From assembly GCA_015065645.1 (NCBI GenBank), contig SVPW01000002.1, forward strand, positions 31,776-95,775: 64,000 nt of DNA, given 5' to 3'. Both the position numbers and the translations under genes were made by a program. Of this stretch, positions 1 through 7,863 are shown in pieces. Origin of the DNA: Oscillospiraceae bacterium. GTDB taxonomy: Bacteria > Bacillota > Clostridia > Oscillospirales > Acutalibacteraceae. How positions within the stretch are numbered: position 1 is the stretch's first letter; each line of letters opens with the position of its first letter. The notes below the pieces were generated by a model. The model did no database searches. It was not told the origin of the DNA and saw only the letters and a list, made by a program, of their open reading frames with translations.

Positions 1-1281
1 GTTTTGAATAAGTTTAAGCGGCAGAGTTGCGGCGTTTCTCAAATTAATAAGTGCGGTTGCATTATTAATTCTGCTATCACCTCTGGCAGCTTCATTTACA
101 CCGCTTTGTGTAAGAGTGTTTTCTATAAGATTATTTATGTTTTGTGAAAACGCAGAAGAAAAATCGGGCGGAGTCACATAATGAACCGCACCTGCAACAT
201 CCTCATTTGAGCCATACACCTTTAATATCTGACCGGGGTCATTGGTAACATTTTCACCAACCGTATCACCATTTACCACCATTATCGGCATACCGGAGCT
301 CATTGATGCCCAAACATTCGCCGTAATCATACGGTTTATGGCTATCTGGTTTGGTATAAGATATGTAACCTCGCTGTTGCCATATATAAGCCTGCCTCTT
401 CTTTCCCAAACAAATAATGATAACGGATAATAATGAAGCCCCGTATCAAATTTAGGCCGTATTATAGAGTTTTCCGTGGTTTTGATACACTGAACCGTAA
501 TATCTCCGTTCTCTTTATATTCTTTAAATAACCTTGTAAGAACAAGTACCTTAGAATCAGATGAAGATTTATCAATATCACGCAAGCTTTTAATTCCGTA
601 TCGTGCCGCTTCACGCTTTACCTCTTCAACAGGACGATAAGATGCAATTATTATAAATGGCTGTTTTTGAACATCGTCAATATAACAATCTCCAAAATAT
701 ACATTTTCAATATCCAAAATCTCACAGCAAATATCGCCTAAAATGGGAGTATTGCAATCCTCATCGGCATAAAGACCTGTTTTCACACTGTCATCCCAAT
801 AGGTATAAAGCACACTACTTCCCGTTACATAGGCATTTTTCAGCGCCTTTTCGCAAAGAGAAGTAAAGCCCACACGCTCTGCTGTAACCTTTTGATAATC
901 CGATAATGCCGACATAACAAGATTTATTTCACGGTCATCGGTAGCACCCGAAAAATTAAATAACGGGTCATTTGATATATCTTTTCTTTTTTCATTCAGC
1001 TGTGAACGAAGTCCAACCGTATTGGGAACACCATCCGCACTGAAACTTACCGAAAAGGGTGAAAGCAGCACCTGTGCCATTTTGTATTCACCTATTCGTC
1101 TTATGATGTTGTGACGCACTAAAGGACGGTCATTTCCGCATTTTACACCACTCCATTGTTCACCGCTGTAAAAGCGTTCGTTAATACGGTTTTGCTCAAA
1201 CATTCCCCTACTTCCCAACGATTGTTTAAAGGCAACCGCACTGCGGTATTCTTTAAATATCTTAGTTGGATTTAAGTCCAT
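1..1281 (-). CDS. Phage structural protein, portal-like (3'-partial, runs off the left edge)
   Basis: I translated the minus strand by hand. ATG at 1281..1279 has GGAGG 7 nt upstream, then 427 codons with no stop down to position 1. It is absent from the supplied track because it has no in-window stop. The protein begins MDLNPTKIFKEYRSAVAFKQ and contains FYSGEQW and DRPLVRHNI, reminiscent of portal proteins. It lies directly downstream of the capsid gene. Confidence 0.5.
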   Translation of the reverse strand, partial: MDLNPTKIFKEYRSAVAFKQSLGSRGMFEQNRINERFYSGEQWSGVKCGNDRPLVRHNIIRRIGEYKMAQVLLSPFSVSFSADGVPNTVGLRSQLNEKRKDISNDPLFNFSGATDDREINLVMSALSDYQKVTAERVGFTSLCEKALKNAYVTGSSVLYTYWDDSVKTGLYADEDCNTPILGDICCEILDIENVYFGDCYIDDVQKQPFIIIASYRPVEEVKREAARYGIKSLRDIDKSSSDSKVLVLTRLFKEYKENGDITVQCIKTTENSIIRPKFDTGLHYYPLSLFVWERRGRLIYGNSEVTYLIPNQIAINRMITANVWASMSSGMPIMVVNGDTVGENVTNDPGQILKVYGSNEDVAGAVHYVTPPDFSSAFSQNINNLIENTLTQSGVNEAARGDSRINNATALINLRNAATLPLKLIQN

Positions 1282-1352
1282 AGCCATTCCTCCATTATAT
1301 ATAGTGGGGTTTGTTTCGGGGTGTTTGCCCCGAAAACAAACCTTTCAAAAAA

Positions 1353-2531
1353 TTAATTAATTGTTACTATAGCAACAGTTGTTCTTGTAGAAGCAAGACC
1401 ATCAACCAAAACCTCAGCGAAATAATAATATTCTCCCGCTTCAAGCTCCTTTGGTAATGTATAGGTCTTCTTATTTTCACCTGCAAGCTTTACAGCACCA
1501 TTACCGCTTTCATCCTCACACTTATACCACTGATAAGAAAGTGTGCCGGATTCAGTTTCGGCAGTAACGGTAATGCTTGCCGTAATTTGACCTGCATTTG
1601 CCTCAACATCTTCAGGCTGACCTGTAATATTAACAGCAGGTGATACCCAAGCCCATACAGCATCAAGACCGCTTTTATTTACAAATACATCATAATAAAT
1701 ACGGTAATCAAACTTATATGCATCCGCATCAAGATTCTGCTCAGGGGTAAAAATACGCATCTGCTCGGTCTTTTTAATGAGATGTGCTCCACGCTTGGGA
1801 CATACAAGCATATATACCTGACGAGCATTTTGAGCCGGGGTAAATCCGCCTGCTGCGGTATTGTTAAAGGTATATGCAGTCTTCATTCTTGAAGAAACCA
1901 CCGGAATAACCGCAACACCGTTAAGGTAACGCACCTGAAGGTCAATTTCGCCCTGCTTAAAGTCACCAACGGTAAGCATTTTGGAAATTTCAGAAGAATT
2001 CTGAAGCTTTGCATACATACCGCTGTCAATAAAGGCAACAAGCTCTTCATCGTAACCCACGGTATCCTGAACCGACTGAATAAGCTCACAAAGAGCCTTA
2101 AATGGTGCGGCAATATCACCGTTTACAAGATTTGCACGGCTTGCCGCAAGACCTGCAAGCTTTGAAATAACATAAGCATCACATTCAGGAACCACCTTTG
2201 TGCGTACATATTCGCCCAAAATCTTTCCTGCAAGGTTTGCAATACCGGTTTCATCCATATCCTCACGGTCAATCTGCAAAGAACGTGCACGGTCCATTGC
2301 CATTGTGTGGGAGGTATTACTTACGGTAATTGCACCTCGTGAAAAACCTGTATCACGGTCATAATCGGCAAGACCCTGAAAATCAACATCGGGAATTATA
2401 ACTGTTTTGGCACCCACAAACTTTGCAGCCATTGCATTATCGGCAAAAAAGCCGGTAGCACTACGCTGTGAAAAAAGGCGGTCAAGCTCCTCGGAATAAC
2501 GGGTTGCATTTTCAAAAGTATTAATTGACAT
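1353..2531 (-). CDS. Phage major capsid protein with C-terminal Ig-like domain
   Basis: 392 aa, positioned after a scaffold-like gene in the head module. The last ~90 aa (ITGQPEDVEA...LSYQWYKCEDESG...YYYFAEV) look like an Ig/Big-type decoration domain. Confidence 0.7.
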   Translation of the reverse strand: MSINTFENATRYSEELDRLFSQRSATGFFADNAMAAKFVGAKTVIIPDVDFQGLADYDRDTGFSRGAITVSNTSHTMAMDRARSLQIDREDMDETGIANLAGKILGEYVRTKVVPECDAYVISKLAGLAASRANLVNGDIAAPFKALCELIQSVQDTVGYDEELVAFIDSGMYAKLQNSSEISKMLTVGDFKQGEIDLQVRYLNGVAVIPVVSSRMKTAYTFNNTAAGGFTPAQNARQVYMLVCPKRGAHLIKKTEQMRIFTPEQNLDADAYKFDYRIYYDVFVNKSGLDAVWAWVSPAVNITGQPEDVEANAGQITASITVTAETESGTLSYQWYKCEDESGNGAVKLAGENKKTYTLPKELEAGEYYYFAEVLVDGLASTRTTVAIVTIN

Positions 2532-2570
2532 AAAATCTCTCCTAAATATATTTTTTAAACTTTAAATATT

Positions 2571-3218
2571 TTAAGCTCTCCATAACCCTTGTAAAAAAGC
2601 AAGATTAGCAGGGTCATCTTCTGCCGCAAAGGCCAACTGAGAACCAATGCTTGCCTTTTGAGAGCTTTTTTGCTGTGATTTTGTTTTATCTGCCAAACGC
2701 TTTTGTGCAAGGCAGTAACGCAGGTATTCATCCAGCAATTTTGTTCTGCGAAGCTGTGCCGAAGAAAGCACGCTTTCGGGAAGCTTTTCGGCAGAAGTAA
2801 ACTGCGGAAAGGCTTCCTTTAATTCGGCAAAGCCCAAATCATCTTCGGAATGTGAATCTTCAAGTGAAATTATATGCTCCGCAAGAGCTTCATTTCCTCC
2901 ACAGCTTTCCAAAAGCTGTGCTTTACGCATATTTTTAGCCTCCGCTTCAAATTCACTTAAAGCTTCCGAAACACTAACCCCTTTATTTGCCGCTAAAGCA
3001 CGAAGTCGATTATAATCATCGCTTATCTGATCATACTTCATTCCCTTTTGGGAAAGTACAGCGGCTTCTTCCGGGGTAAGCTGTAAAATTTTCTTATTGA
3101 ATTTAACTGATATTTTGATATCATCGGTCTGAGGCTTTGTTTTCGCTTCATTTTCCGAACTTTTTTGTGCCTGGGGCTGTGGTTGACCCTGCGGCTCAGA
3201 ATTTAATATATCTTCCAT
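2571..3218 (-). CDS. Phage scaffolding-like protein (acidic, helical)
   Basis: Sits between terL and the capsid gene and is rich in E/K/Q/A. The likely start is the internal ATG (MEDILNSE) preceded by AGGAG, which removes the overlap with the upstream small ORF. Confidence 0.5.
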   Translation of the reverse strand: MEDILNSEPQGQPQPQAQKSSENEAKTKPQTDDIKISVKFNKKILQLTPEEAAVLSQKGMKYDQISDDYNRLRALAANKGVSVSEALSEFEAEAKNMRKAQLLESCGGNEALAEHIISLEDSHSEDDLGFAELKEAFPQFTSAEKLPESVLSSAQLRRTKLLDEYLRYCLAQKRLADKTKSQQKSSQKASIGSQLAFAAEDDPANLAFLQGLWRA

Positions 3219-3222
3219 ATCT

Positions 3223-3399
3223 TTACTCCTGTTCACTGCCGTCATAATTTAAGAAATTAAAATAATCCAAATTTTGCATTTTTTCAATTCTTAACGGCAT
3301 TTTTTGGTACTCCACAGGCGGTTTGGACTTTGCTTTGCCGATAATATATCCGCAAGCAAAGAAAAACACGCCCATAAAAATAAATATAAATTGGCTCAT
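3223..3399 (-). CDS. Small single-pass membrane protein in the phage head module
   Basis: MSQFIFIFMGVFFFACGYIIGKAK is a hydrophobic helix followed by a basic stretch. Its ATG overlaps the terL stop (TAATG), suggesting translational coupling. Confidence 0.4.
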   Translation of the reverse strand: MSQFIFIFMGVFFFACGYIIGKAKSKPPVEYQKMPLRIEKMQNLDYFNFLNYDGSEQE

Positions 3400-4703
3400 T
3401 AGCTCCATCCTCCGCTGAAATCATTTTTCCGCAAACCCTCAAAGGCGGTATAAGGGGTTTCCATGTGTTTTTCGGGATGAAAAAATCTAACATCCTCAAA
3501 AGCATAACGGAGCGCATCACAAAGGTGATTATCACTGTCCTTAGGCATTCTTCTGCCGCTTTCTCCGGCAGATTCCTCATAGCAGTAGGTAGAAAGCTCT
3601 CTTATCATATTAACGCATTTATCATCAACAAAAATCTTGTATTCTGATATTCGGTCAATACCGTTTAAAATACTGTCTCTCCCCTTTACAGAAGGGGTTA
3701 TTCTGCCTATCCCCAACCTTTTGAGGTCATCGTTTGACTTTGGCTCCGCACAATCGGCACGAATCCTTTCTTTTGAATATCCACGCTTTTTAATTTCATT
3801 GGCAATATCACAATTAAGCATCCGTGTCTTATAAAATTCATCATAGATATACAGTATTTTCTCCACGGGATTCACCATAAAAGCCACAAAAGCGGTGGGG
3901 TCATTGGTATAGCCGTAATCAAGACCAAAAAAGCTGCGCCAGCAATTCAGCTTTTCCGGCGGTATTTGCGGAGCTCCTACCTCCCAATTTTCAAAAACAA
4001 GACCTTCTGCAATACCCCAATTACCAAGACCTGCAACCTCATACTTACGGCGATTTGTACGCTTCATCCGTTCAAAAACGGCACGGTCGGTATCATCCAA
4101 AAATTCATTTATTAAATAGTTGGTTGAAAAGACCTTTATATCACTGCTTTCACGGTCAAAAAAGCGTTTTTTCAACCAATGAGCAGCGCTCCACGGATTA
4201 AAAGTAAGGGTGGTCTGTTTAAAAAGCGGTGACGGAACAGAACCACGAGGCATAGAAAGATCCAGCTTATCAAAATCCTCCTCATGTGCAAGCTCAAACG
4301 CCTCCTCCACCCAAACAAAGTTAAGGTAGCCTTTATTTACGGTGGTAGAAGCTAACTTCAATACATCATCAAACCCACGAAACAGGATTTTTTGACCCGT
4401 GGGCAGGTAGGTCATTTCCAAAGGACTTACGGTATTGCTCCAAAGATGTGAAACACCAAGTCTGCTTTGAGCCCATTTAAGCTGTGCAAATGTGGAATCA
4501 CGGTGGGTATTCATAACCTGACGCACAACCAGCAAATTTGAATCGGGATAACGCATTATTCTAAAAATAAAATTAAGTGCGGTTGTTGCGCTTTTCTTTG
4601 AGCCTTTGCCCCCTTTGAGAACACGATAGCGCGCTTTGCATCCCCAAAAATCATCGTAGCCGCCTCCTACAATTTCAGAGAGCTTTATGCTCGAAGTCAT
4701 CAA
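3399..4703 (-). CDS. Phage terminase large subunit
   Basis: 434 aa. Walker A-like VLKGGKGSKKS lies near the N-terminus, as in PBSX/Terminase_3-type TerL. The C-terminal half is nuclease-like. The gene overlaps the upstream small gene. Confidence 0.85.
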   Translation of the reverse strand: MMTSSIKLSEIVGGGYDDFWGCKARYRVLKGGKGSKKSATTALNFIFRIMRYPDSNLLVVRQVMNTHRDSTFAQLKWAQSRLGVSHLWSNTVSPLEMTYLPTGQKILFRGFDDVLKLASTTVNKGYLNFVWVEEAFELAHEEDFDKLDLSMPRGSVPSPLFKQTTLTFNPWSAAHWLKKRFFDRESSDIKVFSTNYLINEFLDDTDRAVFERMKRTNRRKYEVAGLGNWGIAEGLVFENWEVGAPQIPPEKLNCWRSFFGLDYGYTNDPTAFVAFMVNPVEKILYIYDEFYKTRMLNCDIANEIKKRGYSKERIRADCAEPKSNDDLKRLGIGRITPSVKGRDSILNGIDRISEYKIFVDDKCVNMIRELSTYCYEESAGESGRRMPKDSDNHLCDALRYAFEDVRFFHPEKHMETPYTAFEGLRKNDFSGGWS

Positions 4704-4953
4704 TAATCATCACCGCCCCCGAAGAAGTGGGAGCATCGTCTGCCCGATCACTCACGATACTCCTCAGCTCCTTAATTGCCGAAAGGTCGCCCGATGCCGC
4801 TTTTTTATAAAGAGCTATCATAACGGCGGCCTTTCGTGTCGGCTTTTTCAAAACAAAGCCCTCATCTTTAAGTGATTGTTCTTCCGCGTATGAAAGTCTT
4901 TCATTAAGAAGCGATTTAAGTGTTGCTTTTAAAAGCTTATCACTTTGTTTCAT
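4675..4953 (-). CDS. Putative phage terminase small subunit
   Basis: 92 aa counted from the ATG preceded by AAAGGAGGA (MKQSDKLLKATL...). It overlaps the terL start by 29 nt. The call rests on position and size only. Confidence 0.45.
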   Translation of the reverse strand: MKQSDKLLKATLKSLLNERLSYAEEQSLKDEGFVLKKPTRKAAVMIALYKKAASGDLSAIKELRSIVSDRADDAPTSSGAVMIIDDFEHKAL

Positions 4954-4997
4954 AGGCGTTCCTCCTTTCGACAAATCTATCATACACGGGGTATATA

Positions 4998-5054
4998 CGA
5001 CATTCACCGACATTCAAATACAAATTCCCGCCATTTGCCGCCATTTGCCGCCAT
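4998..5054. repeat. Two sets of short tandem direct repeats upstream of terS
   Basis: cgacattca occurs at 4998..5006 and 5008..5016. ccatttgccg occurs at 5031..5040 and 5041..5050, with a partial copy at 5051..5054. Confidence 0.8.
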
Positions 5055-5117
5055 CCCTTATCCCAAAAAACAAAAAATCCGCCTTACCTTTTGGGTAAAA
5101 CAGCCTTATATAAATTA

Positions 5118-5144
5118 AAACGGGAGAGCAATGCCCTCCCGTTT
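5118..5144 (-). terminator. Intrinsic terminator downstream of the LRR-dockerin gene
   Basis: The aaacgggag / ctcccgttt stem is followed by a U-run on the minus strand. Confidence 0.7.
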
Positions 5145-5156
5145 GTTACTATGATA

Positions 5157-6890
5157 TTACATTTTTTTGGTAAGAAGCTTTTTAAGATATATCAAATCCT
5201 TTACATTTACAACACCATCACCGTTGCAATCTCCATCAGGTGAAATGGTACTTCCCTTTAAAATATTATTTCTTATAAATACCAAATCCTTTGAATTTAC
5301 CTCTCCGTCACCCGAAGCGTCACACGCAACCGAGATGATTGAATAATTTATACCGTATTGTATTGCAAAATCCTTTGCGGGTGCTAAATAATAACAATTA
5401 ATAGTTAAATTGTCACATCCACCAAAAGCATTATCTGCAATATAGGTTACGCTGTTCGGAATGGTTATGTTTTTAAGGCTTTCGCACATATAAAACGCCT
5501 GATAAGGCAACTGTTCAACATTGCCCTCAATTATTACATTTTCTATTTTATCACAGTAAACAAATGCAAAACCTTCAATTTTAGTGCATTTTTTGGAAAG
5601 CACAACCTTTTTAAGTGAAGCAGGAACATAATCTCTATTTACTCCGTAATAATAGGCACCGAAAATCCAACCAAAATGGTAATTTTCTTCTGTTTTACCG
5701 TCACCAACAAAAGGTAATGTTATGCTTTCAAGCTGATTACAGCCCGCAAAGGCACTTTTACCTATATTTGTAACACTATCAGGAACAATTACATTTGTTA
5801 AGCTACTGCAATCTTTAAAGGCATTTCCGTTTATAGTTGTAACACTACTTGGAATATCTATACCTTTAAGACTACTGCAACCCTCAAATGCGTACAAACC
5901 TATGCTTGTAACGGTTTCGGGAATGGTTATTTCTTTAAGACTGCTGCACCCCTTAAATGCTTCCATATCTATACTTTTTACATTTTTGGGAATATCTATA
6001 GTTTCAAGACTGGTGCAATTTTTAAACATAGCATAATTAATGGCTGTAATATAATCAGGCAGTTCTACATTTTTAAGACCGCTACAATCTTCAAACAAAG
6101 GATAATCAAATGTTTTTACGGTATCGGGAAAAGAAAAGCTTTCAAGACTGCTACAGCCGCAAAATGCGTAAGCTTTTATGTATGTAACGCTTTCGGGAAT
6201 TGTTATATTTTTAAGACCTGAACAATTACGAAATGCCGAATGACCTATTGTTGTAACTTTATCGTGAATATATATAGTTTCAATCTTATCACAGCCTTGA
6301 AAATAATTGCCTATTACGGTATCCTCTTCAGGAATTGAAACCTCAGTTAAAAGCTTGCCGTTCAAATATAAATTTTGAGCATAAATCATTGGGTTTGCAT
6401 CATATTTTCCAAACTCAATATCACACCAGGCATCTAAATCAGTTATATAAACATCTTTAAGATTTTTACAATATATAAACGCATAATCACCTATGCTTTT
6501 TACGCTGCTTGGAATATATATGCTTGTTAGTATACGGCAATTATCGAATGACCATTCACCAATACTCGTAATACCGTCAGGAATGGTTATTTTAGAAATT
6601 AAATAGCATCCAAAAAATGAATAATCGCCTATGCTTGTAACACCTTTTTCAATAATAACCTCTTTTATTGTTCTGTCATTATACCAAGGTGAGGTATTAT
6701 CGGCATCAAGGCTATAATCTCCCATTCTGCCGTTACCCGAAATGGTAAGAACACCGTCCTCAAGTACCCATGTGCAATCACCTGTAATACCGCTTGTAGC
6801 CGCAAATGCGGTTAATGACGAAAGCGGTAAAGCGGTTAAGATTAATGCAATACAAAAAAATAAAGCGGCGAATTTTTTAAAGCTTTTCAT
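5157..6890 (-). CDS. Secreted BspA-type leucine-rich-repeat protein with C-terminal type I dockerin
   Basis: Signal peptide ending LTAFAATSG. About 15 repeats follow the pattern IPxSVTxIGxxAFxxCxxL. The C-terminus has duplicated Ca loops DASGDGEVNSKD and DCNGDGVVNVKD. Confidence 0.8.
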   Translation of the reverse strand: MKSFKKFAALFFCIALILTALPLSSLTAFAATSGITGDCTWVLEDGVLTISGNGRMGDYSLDADNTSPWYNDRTIKEVIIEKGVTSIGDYSFFGCYLISKITIPDGITSIGEWSFDNCRILTSIYIPSSVKSIGDYAFIYCKNLKDVYITDLDAWCDIEFGKYDANPMIYAQNLYLNGKLLTEVSIPEEDTVIGNYFQGCDKIETIYIHDKVTTIGHSAFRNCSGLKNITIPESVTYIKAYAFCGCSSLESFSFPDTVKTFDYPLFEDCSGLKNVELPDYITAINYAMFKNCTSLETIDIPKNVKSIDMEAFKGCSSLKEITIPETVTSIGLYAFEGCSSLKGIDIPSSVTTINGNAFKDCSSLTNVIVPDSVTNIGKSAFAGCNQLESITLPFVGDGKTEENYHFGWIFGAYYYGVNRDYVPASLKKVVLSKKCTKIEGFAFVYCDKIENVIIEGNVEQLPYQAFYMCESLKNITIPNSVTYIADNAFGGCDNLTINCYYLAPAKDFAIQYGINYSIISVACDASGDGEVNSKDLVFIRNNILKGSTISPDGDCNGDGVVNVKDLIYLKKLLTKKM

Positions 6891-7033
6891 TAGAAATAAT
6901 CTCCTTTAAAATAACATATTAAAAATCGCAAGGCTTAGAAAATAAATATATAACTCCGTTCAGATTTTACCACGATTTTCTTCAAAAAGCAATATATATA
7001 TTCAGCAAAACAAAAATGCCGTAACATAAGCCA

Positions 7034-7069
7034 ATATGCCGAGCGTTATTTTTAAAACGCTCGGCATAT
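7034..7069 (-). terminator. Hairpin terminator downstream of the kinase-like gene
   Basis: 14-bp stem atatgccgagcgtt / aacgctcggcatat. Confidence 0.55.
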
Positions 7070-7098
7070 ATTCGTTTAATAAAGGGCTGTTTATTTAA

Positions 7099-7857
7099 TT
7101 ATTCGTAATCTACAACATCTACCCAGGAGAGTAAGAATTCACGCTCGTGAGCATTGCCTTTAACCGACTGTGAAGCTGCAACAATAGGCATCCATTTCTG
7201 AACATATTGGCGTGCGGTGTTGCTCTTTTTACAGAAAAGGTCAAGATACTTCTTTGCAAGTGCTTCATTTCCGTCAAGACAGAAAAGAAGATATGTTCTT
7301 GCAACATCGGCAGAAGCATTACCCTGTGTTGCGTGTGCCCAGTCAATTATATAGGGTACACCTTCGGGTGTGATTACAATGTTAGAGGGGTTAAAATCAC
7401 CATGACAAACCTTTTTATGCTTAGGCATGCCCTCAAGGCGGGTGTGCAACTCATAACGGGTGGTGGCATCAAGGTCGGTCTCGCTTATTTTACGATTCAT
7501 CTTATCCTTTAATTTGTTAAGAAGCGGGCAGATTTTAGAATGTGCACTAAGCTGAAGGTCAACAAACATTTCAAGATATTCGTCTTCCTTATCGGGATTT
7601 TTTGCCATAAGCTCTTCAAGGGTTTCACCCTCAATATACTCCGAAATAATAGACCATTTACCGTCTATCATAGTAACTTCCAAAACCTTGGGGGTGTTAA
7701 GTCCGGTTTCTTCAATACGAGCCTGATTTAAAGCCTCATTAAGAACATCCGCCTTAGAAAAATCCTCATTAAATACCTTAACGGTGCGGTTGCCGTCACG
7801 GTAAATTACTTTAGTGTCTCTAACCTTAATAACTTCAGCGTTTTTCATCAATTTCAC
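7099..7857 (-). CDS. Aminoglycoside/choline-kinase-family phosphotransferase (APH fold)
   Basis: Catalytic-loop motif HGDFNPSNI plus IDW, in a 252-aa protein. Confidence 0.7.
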   Translation of the reverse strand: MKLMKNAEVIKVRDTKVIYRDGNRTVKVFNEDFSKADVLNEALNQARIEETGLNTPKVLEVTMIDGKWSIISEYIEGETLEELMAKNPDKEDEYLEMFVDLQLSAHSKICPLLNKLKDKMNRKISETDLDATTRYELHTRLEGMPKHKKVCHGDFNPSNIVITPEGVPYIIDWAHATQGNASADVARTYLLFCLDGNEALAKKYLDLFCKKSNTARQYVQKWMPIVAASQSVKGNAHEREFLLSWVDVVDYE

Positions 7858-7863
7858 CCTCCG

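Larger units (their letters stand above)
1..5013 (-). mobile_element. Phage head-morphogenesis and packaging module (prophage fragment, or the end of a prophage extending left of the window)
   Basis: Six co-directional, tightly packed or overlapping genes: terS-like, terL, small TM protein, scaffold-like, major capsid, portal-like. No integrase or lysogeny genes inside the window. Confidence 0.65.

Noticed and set aside
242-866. Plus-strand ORFs at 242..430 and 657..866 from the supplied track
   Set aside because: They lie antisense to a continuous 427-codon minus-strand frame with a strong RBS and phage-like sequence. Their own products are low-complexity and lack RBS support.
5029-5054. 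Tandem 10-mer array as a possible CRISPR or minisatellite
   Set aside because: There are only about 2.5 contiguous copies with no spacers, and no cas genes. It is reported instead as a short tandem repeat of possible phage function.
5157-7857. LRR protein plus APH-type kinase as a phage-defence or phage-cargo pair next to the head module
   Set aside because: Each gene has its own terminator. The LRR protein has a signal peptide and dockerin typical of host surface proteins, and I recognise no defence-system domains.
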